Positions 1 through 9,445 of a stretch of DNA of 64,000 nucleotides are shown here, piece after piece. Numbering within the stretch: position 1 is the first letter of the stretch; every line of letters begins with the position of its first letter. A program made the position numbers and the translations under genes. This DNA is from a virus, in the IMG/VR virus record IMGVR_UViG_3300017963_000203, positions 1-64,000 of that record. One strand, given 5' to 3'. The notes beneath the pieces are model-generated. The model worked only from the letters and a program-made list of their open reading frames with translations, did not search any database and was not told where the DNA came from.

Positions 1-26
1 CGAAGAAGCAATACTTCAAGGTAGAC

Positions 27-962
27 GTGCGAATTGCCAACCTTCCTGAGACGGTGCTCACGAAGGCGCAGAAGATGTACCTCAGCAAACTGGACTTCCG
101 GTGCAACCACAAACGAATCTGCTGGTGGCCCAACAAGAAACTCGCAGAGGACGAGGGCCGGTGTGTCCGTACAATCCAGTATTGGAACCAGAAACTCGCC
201 GGCCTGGGTCTCATCGAGATCCAGCGCTCGGAGGGTGGCGGCGTGAATGTGATTCACGTCCCCGAGTTCGACGACGACGTTCTTTGGAACCTCGGATCTC
301 GGTGGAACCAGAACGCCGGAATCGACGAAACGGATTGCATGGGGGGGTGCAACGGATTGCATGGGGGGGATGCAACGGATTGCACCCCCATCTTAAAAGG
401 AAAAGGTAAAACCAAAATGAAAACCGACGGGAAGAAAACCTTTGACGAAGTCAATGAGGATGAGCAGGTCAAAGATTCGGCGAAGCGCGCCGAAGGCTAC
501 GTCAAGAAGCGGAAGCCTCACACCGTCGTGTCTCCTGAAGCAGAGACTCCTCTCATGGAGAGGATGTGGTCTCCTGAGCCGACAGGAGGGATGCCCGACG
601 AGGCCCAACTGAGCAAGTGGTCTGCTCGGGCATGGACGGACGAGTTCATCTCCAGAATGCGGAAGAGGGGCTACCAGGTTGCCTACCCTCCTCCGAAATA
701 CAAGGCATCAGTCAACCACATCGCAGCAGTCAAAGATCACCTCAGAAATACCGGACTTTCGTATAGAAAGATTTATAGATTTCTGTTAATGTGGTTTCCC
801 GACTCCTACGAGAAGATCTGCGAGACGGAGTTCAAGCAGGACCCGGACGATTTCATGTTTTCCGTGGCCTGGATGGAGCCCCGTCTGAGTAGACTTGTGA
901 AGTTGTTCAAGGAAGGAGACGGCGCGCCGAAGCGCACGTCGAAGAAAAGGAAAGCCCTTTAG
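27..962 (+). CDS. HTH-domain phage replication initiator
   Basis: N-terminal winged-HTH pattern (CWWPNKKLAEDEGRCVRTIQYWNQKLAGLGLIE); internal direct repeats as in lambda O-type initiators; heads the replication cluster. Confidence 0.65.
   Translation: MRIANLPETVLTKAQKMYLSKLDFRCNHKRICWWPNKKLAEDEGRCVRTIQYWNQKLAGLGLIEIQRSEGGGVNVIHVPEFDDDVLWNLGSRWNQNAGIDETDCMGGCNGLHGGDATDCTPILKGKGKTKMKTDGKKTFDEVNEDEQVKDSAKRAEGYVKKRKPHTVVSPEAETPLMERMWSPEPTGGMPDEAQLSKWSARAWTDEFISRMRKRGYQVAYPPPKYKASVNHIAAVKDHLRNTGLSYRKIYRFLLMWFPDSYEKICETEFKQDPDDFMFSVAWMEPRLSRLVKLFKEGDGAPKRTSKKRKAL
329..425. repeat. iteron-like repeats plus A-rich tract, candidate replication origin
   Basis: AACGGATTGCATGGGGGGG(A)TGC at 329 and 351, partial copy AACGGATTGCA at 374, then A-rich 393-423. 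Confidence 0.6.
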
Positions 963-972
963 AGGAGGACTG

Positions 973-2025
973 ATGCTGCTCTCAATCTTGGATGAGAAGA
1001 CGTTCATGATCGGAACCACGACCTTCAAGGTGGGCGAGAAGGTCAATCTCGGTGAGATGGCACCCATCGTTTTCCCGTGGGGAACGACGACGGTGTCCGC
1101 GCTCAACGAGCACCTCTCCCAGATCGCCAAGCGGCTACGGGAGACGAGGAACGCCCTGTCGAACAGGCTCCACGTTTCGGAGGAGGCCTTCGACGAAGAG
1201 GCGGCCAACCTGGCCCTCGACTACGAGTCCCTGGAGCGGGACTGGCTCTACTACAGCGACCTGTTCTACAAGGCGATTCAAGCCAACGTCGGGGGCAACC
1301 TGCCCCTCATCCGCAATCCCGACAACGGAGAGATCACCATCCGGGCCAAGCAGCCCAACGAGACCCTCAACTATCTCCGTGACGTGTGCTCCCAGCGCGT
1401 CCGCTTCTACAACTACGAGGCGCCAAGGCACTTGGCCATGCACTTGGCCGGGAACAAGAGGGACAACGTCTCCATCGAATCCGAGCTCCACATCGACACC
1501 CAGGTCCCCATCGTGAGCGCGACCTTCGAGAACCTGGACGCGGAAAGAACCAGGTCCTGGATGGAGAAAGCCGTTCGCGCCACCTACGATCAGGTGATTC
1601 GGTACGGCGCGGTGGCCGGCATCCTGTGGGTCACCGAAGACCGTGCCTACTTCCTGAACGCAGGAGCGCTTTTGCGCGCGGGACAGGGGGATCCGAAGCT
1701 GGCCCTCACCACGGCGATCCAGCGATGCCAGGGGAAGCTTCCCGTTCCAGAGGCCCTGGGCTTCTTCATCTACGGGAACATGCCCATCGTGGACGAGAAG
1801 GCCCGTGGCGTTCTCCTCTCGTGCCTCTTCGATAAGGGCGAAGGCGCTTTCTACAAGATTCTCACGGTCGACCAGACCCAGAGCCTGCGCCTCAAGGAGG
1901 AGGGGGACGACCCCACGAATCTCGAAGTCTCCCAGGAAGGGGACGAGGCCAAGCTGGACGATGCGATCATCGAAGTCGCCAAGGCCGCCATGAACCCGCC
2001 CAAGGAGGAACCCAAGGAGGAATAG
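973..2025 (+). CDS. hypothetical protein
   Basis: 350-aa ORF, GAGGAGG RBS, genome-typical codon usage. Confidence 0.8.
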   Translation: MLLSILDEKTFMIGTTTFKVGEKVNLGEMAPIVFPWGTTTVSALNEHLSQIAKRLRETRNALSNRLHVSEEAFDEEAANLALDYESLERDWLYYSDLFYKAIQANVGGNLPLIRNPDNGEITIRAKQPNETLNYLRDVCSQRVRFYNYEAPRHLAMHLAGNKRDNVSIESELHIDTQVPIVSATFENLDAERTRSWMEKAVRATYDQVIRYGAVAGILWVTEDRAYFLNAGALLRAGQGDPKLALTTAIQRCQGKLPVPEALGFFIYGNMPIVDEKARGVLLSCLFDKGEGAFYKILTVDQTQSLRLKEEGDDPTNLEVSQEGDEAKLDDAIIEVAKAAMNPPKEEPKEE

Positions 2026-2661
2026 ATGCTCGCGTTCGTAGACGGCGCCGTGGACATCAACCGGCGCCTGGACCAGGGCGGCGCGACCTTCGGAGGTGCT
2101 GGCGTCGTCCTGGTCCAACAGGACGCAGACAGCCTAACCTCCTACAGGGTCATCGGAGTTCCGTTCTGGCCCAACTCACTTCTCATCACCAACAACACCA
2201 TGGAGGTCATGGCCGCGAAGATCGCCTGCGACCTCTGGAAGCCGGAGAAGTCCGGCGAGATCCTTCACGTCTGGACCGATTCGGCGTACGTGAAGAACAT
2301 GCTCTCTTTCGGAACGGGGTATTCAGCCCAGAAAAACAAGGAGCTGATCGAGTACGCTCGACGCTTCTCATCTCGCGAAGACGTGATGTTTCATCACGTT
2401 CGCGGTCACAACGGATTCCCGTGGAACGAAATGGCAGATTTGTCGGCGAGGAAAGCCGTGACTCTCAAGAAGGGGTTCGACAAGACCTACGCCTGCAACA
2501 TCAGCCTCCTGTGTTTCCGATGTCGACGGTTCCCTTGCACAGGGGACAAGACCTTCGGCACAAAGAACGTGGCACTCGCCACTCCGAACGGTTACGCGGG
2601 AATCAGTGAGTGCGATCGCTATCAGATGGCGGACGTGGAAGGGTTCGGATCATGGGTGTAG
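2026..2661 (+). CDS. rnhA: ribonuclease HI
   Basis: VDGA, NNTMEVMAA, WTDSAYV, HVRGHNG.PWNEMADLSA catalytic motifs; Cys-rich C-terminal extension. Confidence 0.9.
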   Translation: MLAFVDGAVDINRRLDQGGATFGGAGVVLVQQDADSLTSYRVIGVPFWPNSLLITNNTMEVMAAKIACDLWKPEKSGEILHVWTDSAYVKNMLSFGTGYSAQKNKELIEYARRFSSREDVMFHHVRGHNGFPWNEMADLSARKAVTLKKGFDKTYACNISLLCFRCRRFPCTGDKTFGTKNVALATPNGYAGISECDRYQMADVEGFGSWV

Positions 2662-3032
2662 AGGAAAGGATTACCCTGCAAGAGTGGGTTGAGGCCATAC
2701 AGGATGTGGCCAGCATCGAGAGGGCGTTGCGGGAGACGTCGAACCCTCAGAAGCAACACCTTCTGTTTCGGGCAAGGCAGGAAGCGGTGGAACGTGTCCT
2801 GGCCATGCGCTACCTGACCGGGGCCACCACGGATCGGATCGAGGCGATCCTCGAAACCGAGCAGTGGGCGGCCGCCTTCTATCAAGAACTCTCGGAGGAG
2901 CCGTCGGATGATATGGGTGAAGCCTATTCACGACTTGAGAAACACGGAGAGTCGCCTCCTGACGCCGGGGAAGTTTCCTCCTGGTATAGCAGCGCATCTC
3001 CCTTGCGTAGAGAACCTGAAAAGCAGGGATAG
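2652..3032 (+). CDS. hypothetical protein
   Basis: ORF coupled to the rnhA stop; start chosen at ATG 2652. Confidence 0.6.
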   Translation: MGVEERITLQEWVEAIQDVASIERALRETSNPQKQHLLFRARQEAVERVLAMRYLTGATTDRIEAILETEQWAAAFYQELSEEPSDDMGEAYSRLEKHGESPPDAGEVSSWYSSASPLRREPEKQG

Positions 3033-3378
3033 AACCAGGAATACACTCTACGAAACGCCAACCACCGAATCACAAGCACGCTGCGTACGCGGCTGGGCGC
3101 CGCACATCGATACAGCGTTCTGCATCTCGGCATTTCACATTTCCTCGTTCTCGGTTCTTGACGACTGGGTTGAGTTCTTCGAGAAGTCTGTTCGGAAGAT
3201 CATTCGGAGCACCGATCTGCTGCTCGTCGTTGCCGTTCAGCGCGCCAGAACGGAAGACCTTCTCTTCCTGACTGACCTGCTGGACGCGAGAGCCAGGAAC
3301 GGTTTACCGACGATGGTGGACGACGGACGAGGAGACCGGTGGGTGGATGTCTACGAACAGGTCATCGAGGTGGGATGA
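2908..3378 (+). CDS. degenerate DnaC/IstB-like helicase loader
   Basis: C-terminal half resembles DnaC (STDLLLV...LTDLLDARARNGLPTMV), lies directly upstream of DnaB; no Walker A visible; start uncertain. Confidence 0.45.
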   Translation: MIWVKPIHDLRNTESRLLTPGKFPPGIAAHLPCVENLKSRDRTRNTLYETPTTESQARCVRGWAPHIDTAFCISAFHISSFSVLDDWVEFFEKSVRKIIRSTDLLLVVAVQRARTEDLLFLTDLLDARARNGLPTMVDDGRGDRWVDVYEQVIEVG

Positions 3379-4664
3379 TGGCGAAGAGGAAGCCGACGAT
3401 CGAGTCAAATCTTCTGACGCGCGTCGCCTGGAACCCGGAAGAAATGAAGGATCTCGAGCTTCGTGGCTTCGATCCGAATGCCTTGAGCGCACCCTATGCC
3501 GCCGCGTTCAAGGAGGCGACACGTTTCATGGTCATGTACGGAGAGTTCCCATCGGCCCAGACTCTGATGAGCCGGGTCAAGGGAATCGAAATTCAGCGGT
3601 CCTGTCCGAAGAGGAAAGCGATCGTCTACTGGGAGACCATTCGGTGGTGGCAATGGCGCAACGACCTGGTCGGCGTCATCCAGGAGGTCTCCGAGATGTT
3701 CCCGGACGAGCTGAAGGACAGTGACCAGTCGCTCGACCTTCCTATGATCACCCAGGCCGGCCTCACGAAGTTCTCGGAGGTGTCGGCCAAGTACGCCAGC
3801 GAAACGGAACGGCCGATCCTTCTCGCGGATGCAGTGGACGATCTGGTCCGGGAACAAGAAGATGCTGGGAGCATGCTCGCAATCCCCATCCCGTTCGAAT
3901 TCATTCAAGAGGAAATTCGCGGATTCAAGGCGGGCCAACTCTACATCGTTGCCGGCCGTCCCAAGACCGGCAAGACCTGGTTCGCTCTCATCTGCGCAGC
4001 CCACGCCCTGTCCCAGGGCTACAAGGTCCTGCTCACCTCCCTTGAGATGCGGTACATCGAAATCGCCAGACGCATGGCGTGCATCATCGGAAAGGTGTCC
4101 TACAACCGATGCGTCAAGCGATCATGGCGTCCGCGGGAGAAGAAGCGGTATTACGAAGTGCTGCGAAGCATCAAGAAAGGGAAGATCGGCCAGAGACTAC
4201 AGATCGTAGGGCCTGGGGTGGCGAAGGGTCCAGAAACCGTGGGCACGTTACACAAGGCGTTCGGTGCTCACTTCGTGGTCGTGGACGCCTTCTACAACAT
4301 GCAGTCCTCCGGGGAGAAGGAGTGGGAGCGCGTTCTTGCACTCATGCGCAAGTACCGACGCGTATCCCTACCGTCCGAGGCCGCGTGGATGCTCGTCACG
4401 CAATTCAACCGGGGCGGCCGCAGCCGGCGAGGGGCCAACCTGGACAACCTGGGCTTCTCCGATGCCATCGGGCAGGACGCCAACGCCCTCATGTACGTCG
4501 TGCGCCCAAATCACTTGAAGAAGGCCCGGCAGGTCGACCTGATCCTGGGCGAGGCACGGGAGGCCGACGACGCCGTCGCCTTCCGCCACTACTGGGACTT
4601 TGTGGAGATGAACTGGGAACCTGTAGGGGCCGTAGCCTACGGCTCTGACGACGAGGAGGTCTAA
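3375..4664 (+). CDS. dnaB: DnaB-like replicative helicase
   Basis: Walker A GRPKTGKT, SLEM, VVVD, QFNR, SDAIGQDA. Confidence 0.92.
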   Translation: MMAKRKPTIESNLLTRVAWNPEEMKDLELRGFDPNALSAPYAAAFKEATRFMVMYGEFPSAQTLMSRVKGIEIQRSCPKRKAIVYWETIRWWQWRNDLVGVIQEVSEMFPDELKDSDQSLDLPMITQAGLTKFSEVSAKYASETERPILLADAVDDLVREQEDAGSMLAIPIPFEFIQEEIRGFKAGQLYIVAGRPKTGKTWFALICAAHALSQGYKVLLTSLEMRYIEIARRMACIIGKVSYNRCVKRSWRPREKKRYYEVLRSIKKGKIGQRLQIVGPGVAKGPETVGTLHKAFGAHFVVVDAFYNMQSSGEKEWERVLALMRKYRRVSLPSEAAWMLVTQFNRGGRSRRGANLDNLGFSDAIGQDANALMYVVRPNHLKKARQVDLILGEAREADDAVAFRHYWDFVEMNWEPVGAVAYGSDDEEV

Positions 4665-5767
4665 TGGACGCCGCTAATCTGCGGAGCGTACTGGAGATGA
4701 TGGGGGCACGGCAGATCCGTCCGTCTGGCGCTGCCAGTTACTCCATCCACTGTTTCTTCCCAGGCCGACACAAGGGTGGCCGGGACCGCAAGCCGTCGAT
4801 GATCGCGTCCATCGACCCCACCGGAGCTTCCTGGTTGAAATGCTTCACATGCGGATACAACAAGACGCTCGCTCGAACCGTGAGAGAGATGTCGAGCCAA
4901 ACCCCCGGGGGCCGTCTCGCCGATCTCGCCGACTGGGTAGAGCGGAACGACGGAAAGATCCGTGGTGGCCCCATGGAGTTCCAAGAGAACAAGAGGAACT
5001 ATACGGAGCAGGCAAGAAGGCTCCTCGGCGTAAGAATGCCCCAGAGGGCCGTCGATTTTCTCAAGGAGAAAGGCATCTATGTCCGGGCCATCGTGGATCG
5101 ATACCTTCTGTGGGAGCCGGAAAAACGGGTCATCATCTTCCCCCACATCGTACGCCGTAAGGGACAGACCATCGTCATCGGTGCGCAGTGCAGAAAGCCC
5201 AGAAAGCCCAAGGGGGGCACGTCCAAGTACTGGCACCACTGGGAATACGACGCAAGATACCACCTCTACGGAGAGCATCTCCTGTCCGGCTGGCGCGGAG
5301 GCGTGATCCTCCTTGTTGAGGGTCAGCTCGATACCCTGCACTGCTGGCAGGAGAACGTGCCGGCCGTGGGGAACCTCGGGAAGGGATGGAACAGGTCCAA
5401 GGGCAAACTTCTCAGGAAATCCGGCATAAGAAGAGTGGTCCTGTTTTTTGACCCAGACGTCTACGAAGAGGAAGAATTTCCCATGGTCGTGTCCGATACG
5501 TTGAAACAGCTTCGCGAGGAGGGCATCGAGGCCGTGGAATACCGCGGAACCAAGGATCCCAAGTACTGTTCGCAGGACGAACTCCTGCATGCGCTGGAAA
5601 CCCCGTTGTTCAAAGGAGGAGTACATGGCCAAGAGGAAGGCAAGCGGTCTGGCCGGCATCAAGAACAAGATGAAGGAACGGCTCGACCCGAAGAACATGC
5701 CCGAAGAGCTGGGCATGATGGCCGGCGGCGCCCAAGACGCCGAAAACCAAGGCAGCTTCGGCCCTGA
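4664..5767 (+). CDS. dnaG: DNA primase (Zn finger + TOPRIM)
   Basis: CFFPGRH...CFTC zinc motif, VEGQLD and FDPD TOPRIM motifs; follows the helicase. Confidence 0.85.
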   Translation: MDAANLRSVLEMMGARQIRPSGAASYSIHCFFPGRHKGGRDRKPSMIASIDPTGASWLKCFTCGYNKTLARTVREMSSQTPGGRLADLADWVERNDGKIRGGPMEFQENKRNYTEQARRLLGVRMPQRAVDFLKEKGIYVRAIVDRYLLWEPEKRVIIFPHIVRRKGQTIVIGAQCRKPRKPKGGTSKYWHHWEYDARYHLYGEHLLSGWRGGVILLVEGQLDTLHCWQENVPAVGNLGKGWNRSKGKLLRKSGIRRVVLFFDPDVYEEEEFPMVVSDTLKQLREEGIEAVEYRGTKDPKYCSQDELLHALETPLFKGGVHGQEEGKRSGRHQEQDEGTARPEEHARRAGHDGRRRPRRRKPRQLRP

Positions 5768-7247
5768 CATCTGGAGCCGTATCTGGCCCCACAGGTCGCC
5801 GTCCATCCCCAACAGCAAGGGGGAGCGAGCCAAGTCCTGGGAATGGTCCCTGAGCGAAGGCGAGGATGGCGACTGCGTGCTCGCAGAGATGCCGCGGCCC
5901 ATCCCGGTCCACCAGGTGTTCATCGGGTGGAAGGAGACGAAGAAGGGCAACTGGTTCGTGAAGGAATACGTGCGTTGCCTCGCCCGCAAGTACGTCTACG
6001 ACAAGACGGCCAAGGTCAGCGTCCAGACGCCGACGAAGGTCGCCTGTCCCTTCTGCCAGGTCCTGGGCGAGGACCGCTGGAGGGCGATCCAGGTCGGCGG
6101 CGTGGTGGACATGCGCGACCAGGACGAACCCTTCGTGGACGCCAACGGAACCCAGATCGAGACTCCGCCTCGGATGCTCCTCCTCATCAACGACGCCGCG
6201 CAGAAGGCGGTCCTCATGGGCCTCCGGGAGCGGGCGGCTCGGAAGAAGAACCTGATCGGAACCATCTTCCACGTGACTCGGGCAACCGGCAAGAACACGT
6301 CGAGGGTGGGGACGAACTGGATCCCCGACCTGGACGAGGAAGTCCCCATCAAGGACATCAAGCAGGTCTACTTCCCGATCGACCTGGACATGGCGTATCC
6401 GATCTTCCACGAGAAAGCGCGCCACCCGTTCAACAAGGGCGAGATCAAGGAGCTGCTCGACCACATGCTCGAGCGCCACGTCATGCTCTCCCTGAAGCAC
6501 GGACACAAGGTTCGGAAGGGCTTCGTGGGGTTCGACGCCCACGGCGCGGCGTCCTACGGCATCGACCTGGACGCCCTGAGGGAGGCGGACGACGGAGAGG
6601 AAGCGCCCTCCAGCGAGGACACGGAGCACGACGTTCCGGCCAAGCGCGGCCTCCGCATCATGGGGAGCGCGAGCGACGGACCGAGCCTCAACGATCTCAC
6701 CGACAAGGGAGACGACGAGGAGAGCTCCGATGAGGAGAGATCCGAGGAACCCGAGGGAAGCAGCGACGAGGGCATGCTCGATCCCGAGGACGTGGCCAAG
6801 TACAACAACGACGAGATCAAGGCTCTCGCCAAGGAGTGGGGCATCAGCCTCAAGGGCGCCGGCCGCTCGGTGGACGCCAAAAGGCTCGTCGTCCTGACAA
6901 GCTCCGAGGGCTTCGACATGGAGGAGGGCGAGGCGAAAGCGTTGCTCGGACTGGTGGAGGAGGAAGCCGAGGAGGCCGAGGGAGAGAGCGAAGGCGAAGG
7001 CGAGGAGGAAGGCGAAGGCGAGGAGGAAGGCGTCGACGTGGACGCGCTCGCCGTGAAGCTCCTGAACAAGGACGAGACCTCCATCACGGAGGTACGGGAG
7101 GCCGCCGAGAAGTACGGCGCGGAGGTCGCTCGTGACGGCAAGGGCCGAGTCCTGCGGAAAAAGACCGTGGAGAACCTGGTCGCGCACCTGGGCGGCAACG
7201 GAGAGGGCTCCGAAGCGCCGAGCGACCACAACCCCTGGGACGACTGA
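5625..7247 (+). CDS. single-stranded DNA-binding protein (gp32-like) with long acidic C-terminus
   Basis: AGGAGG RBS; H...C...CPFC Zn site; acidic tail ending NPWDD; between primase and polymerase. Confidence 0.6.
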   Translation: MAKRKASGLAGIKNKMKERLDPKNMPEELGMMAGGAQDAENQGSFGPDIWSRIWPHRSPSIPNSKGERAKSWEWSLSEGEDGDCVLAEMPRPIPVHQVFIGWKETKKGNWFVKEYVRCLARKYVYDKTAKVSVQTPTKVACPFCQVLGEDRWRAIQVGGVVDMRDQDEPFVDANGTQIETPPRMLLLINDAAQKAVLMGLRERAARKKNLIGTIFHVTRATGKNTSRVGTNWIPDLDEEVPIKDIKQVYFPIDLDMAYPIFHEKARHPFNKGEIKELLDHMLERHVMLSLKHGHKVRKGFVGFDAHGAASYGIDLDALREADDGEEAPSSEDTEHDVPAKRGLRIMGSASDGPSLNDLTDKGDDEESSDEERSEEPEGSSDEGMLDPEDVAKYNNDEIKALAKEWGISLKGAGRSVDAKRLVVLTSSEGFDMEEGEAKALLGLVEEEAEEAEGESEGEGEEEGEGEEEGVDVDALAVKLLNKDETSITEVREAAEKYGAEVARDGKGRVLRKKTVENLVAHLGGNGEGSEAPSDHNPWDD

Positions 7248-8554
7248 TGAACGAATTGCGAATCCTCTACAACCTGATCGAGAGAGCAGGCGGGTTCGCT
7301 TTCGACTTCGAGGCAGTGGACGAGGAGGGTAAGCCGACCACGAATCCGCTTCGTGCGAAGCCTACCCTCCTGTCCATTGCCACCGGGGACAGGAAAGTCG
7401 TGGCCCTCTGCCTGGAGTGGAGCGACGAGGCGAAGAGATACCTCCGGTATCTTCTTAGCCAGCCCCACCTCGTGGCGGTGGCCCACTACGGTAACTATGA
7501 CTTTCCCGTAGCCCACTGGAACGGCATCGACCTCGAGGAGTCGGAGGCGACGTGGTCTGATACACGGCTTCTATGCTGGCTCCAGTTCGAGGACGACGAT
7601 CTCGGGCTGAAGCACCAGGTAATGAAACATCTCGACTACAAAATGCAGAGCTTCAAAAGCGCTGCCGAGTCGGACTTCGCCCAGCGTGCGAAGGACTTGA
7701 AGAAAGAGCTCAAGAGGCTCCCCATCGAGATGAGGAAACAACTTCAAGCAGCAAAACGGGATCTCAAGGCGCAACTGAAGGAGGAGAAACACGCCATCGA
7801 TACGGCGTGGCGAGGAAAGATCAAGGTCAAGGAGATCAACGCCAAGAAGAAGGAGGCGGCCGCCCATACAGATCTCATGATCTCCGACACAGAACTTCGT
7901 CTCCAAGAGGCAGCGGATGCCCGGGCCAAAGAGATCAAACACCTCATCAAGGAGAACGAAGCACTCTCCTGGAAGGTATTCCGGAAGTACGCTGTCGATG
8001 ACGCCAAGCAAACCTGGCGGCTATTCCGGAAGATGATGTCCTGGGTGAAGAAGGAGAAGATGCACCGTTGGCTCGACGTGGAGTTGGTGAACTATCGTGA
8101 ATCGATCATGATGGGAATTCGAGGGTCTTACGTGGACCAGACCCTCGCCGAGGAGATGATCGACGTGTCCGAGCCACTCCTCGATGAATTCCAGGCCAAC
8201 GTCTTCAACATGGCCAAAAGGGAGTTCAATCTCAACTCGGCCGTTGACATGGCCGAAGTGCTCTACCGTGATCTCGGGATTCGACCCCTCCCAGGAACTG
8301 GGCGTTCTCGACTGCCTGGGCTTCTCGACAAGCCATGGGGGTTCAACGCAGACAAGGAGGTCCTCGAGAGGCTCGACCATCCGATTGGGCAGGCCATTCT
8401 CGACTTTCGCTCCGTCCACACCATCTTCTCGAACTTCATGAAGGGGTTCCTGAAGCAAGCCCAAGAGGACCCGCTGGGCAAGAGCCGGGTCCACGTAAAT
8501 TTCAATTCCACCGGAACTGTGACCGGACGCTGGTCGTCCAGTACGCAGTCGTAG
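7247..8554 (+). CDS. polA: family A DNA polymerase, N-terminal chain (3'-5' exonuclease + thumb)
   Basis: ExoI FDFE, ExoII HYGNYDF, ExoIII YAVDDA, EFNLNS, ADKEVLE, ends RVHVNFNSTGTVTGRWSSSTQS*. Confidence 0.9.
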   Translation: MNELRILYNLIERAGGFAFDFEAVDEEGKPTTNPLRAKPTLLSIATGDRKVVALCLEWSDEAKRYLRYLLSQPHLVAVAHYGNYDFPVAHWNGIDLEESEATWSDTRLLCWLQFEDDDLGLKHQVMKHLDYKMQSFKSAAESDFAQRAKDLKKELKRLPIEMRKQLQAAKRDLKAQLKEEKHAIDTAWRGKIKVKEINAKKKEAAAHTDLMISDTELRLQEAADARAKEIKHLIKENEALSWKVFRKYAVDDAKQTWRLFRKMMSWVKKEKMHRWLDVELVNYRESIMMGIRGSYVDQTLAEEMIDVSEPLLDEFQANVFNMAKREFNLNSAVDMAEVLYRDLGIRPLPGTGRSRLPGLLDKPWGFNADKEVLERLDHPIGQAILDFRSVHTIFSNFMKGFLKQAQEDPLGKSRVHVNFNSTGTVTGRWSSSTQS

Positions 8555-8562
8555 GAGGGCCC

Positions 8563-9435
8563 ATGAGGATCATGAACGACCCGTTCATCACGGGACCTGA
8601 CAACATCATCCAGAACGACGGCGAACTGGACATCATCTTCCTTGGCGTGGGCTCGGCCTTCGCCAAGGAACACTTTCAGACGAGCATCCTCATCGTGAAG
8701 GGAAAGACCCACGTGCTCGTCGACTTCGGCATGGACGGCCCGCGCGCTCTCGCGAAGGTGGGCCTCGGCATGCAGGACATCGTGAACTTCCTCCCGACGC
8801 ACTCCCACTCCGACCACGTGGGCGGCGTCGAATCCCTGGCCCTGTTCAACCGCTACGTGGCGCAGCGGTTCATGAATAAGCCCAAGCTCAACTGCATCAT
8901 CACACCCGAGTACCAGAGGATTCTCTGGGACTACACGCTTCGTGGCGGCTTGGAGTGGAACGAGGAGCAGGCCGACGGACGCCGGCGACTGAGCTTCGGG
9001 GATTTCTTCAAGATCACAACACCCCGTTGGAAGACATCCATGCCCAGGGAGATCCACGAAGTGGGCGTCGGGGACCTGAAGCTGGAACTGTTTCGAACCA
9101 ACCACATCCCCGAGCAGGCGCCGAACTGGGAGGCGTCGTTCGTCTCCTACGGCCTGTTCATCGACGACCGTGTCTTTTTCTCCAGCGACTCCCAGTTCGA
9201 CCCGGAGCTCGTGCGCTACTACGACCAACAGTGCGGCCACAGGCACGTCGAGCACTTCTTCCACGATGTTCAGTTCTTCCCCGGCGCCGTGCACGCGCCA
9301 CTCGCTGATCTCAAGACCCTTCCTGCTGACATCAAGAAAAACATGACCCTCATGCACTATTCCGACGATTGGGGAAAGCAGGACATCTCTGACTTCGCCG
9401 GATGGGCCCAGGAAGGCGCCGCGTACCGTTTCTGA
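8563..9435 (+). CDS. apyc1: metallo-beta-lactamase-fold hydrolase, Apyc1-like (anti-Pycsar)
   Basis: GVGSAF, LVDFG, THSHSDHVGGVE, LW..TLRGGL, FFSSDSQFD, FHDVQFFPGAVHA, LMHY, colinear with the Apyc1 sequence as recalled; AGGAGG RBS. Confidence 0.8.
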   Translation: MRIMNDPFITGPDNIIQNDGELDIIFLGVGSAFAKEHFQTSILIVKGKTHVLVDFGMDGPRALAKVGLGMQDIVNFLPTHSHSDHVGGVESLALFNRYVAQRFMNKPKLNCIITPEYQRILWDYTLRGGLEWNEEQADGRRRLSFGDFFKITTPRWKTSMPREIHEVGVGDLKLELFRTNHIPEQAPNWEASFVSYGLFIDDRVFFSSDSQFDPELVRYYDQQCGHRHVEHFFHDVQFFPGAVHAPLADLKTLPADIKKNMTLMHYSDDWGKQDISDFAGWAQEGAAYRF

Positions 9436-9445
9436 GGATGGATCA

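Noticed and set aside
6940-7035. Tandem GAG/GAA-rich DNA repeats (also 21610-21710)
   Set aside because: They simply encode Glu/Gly-rich linkers
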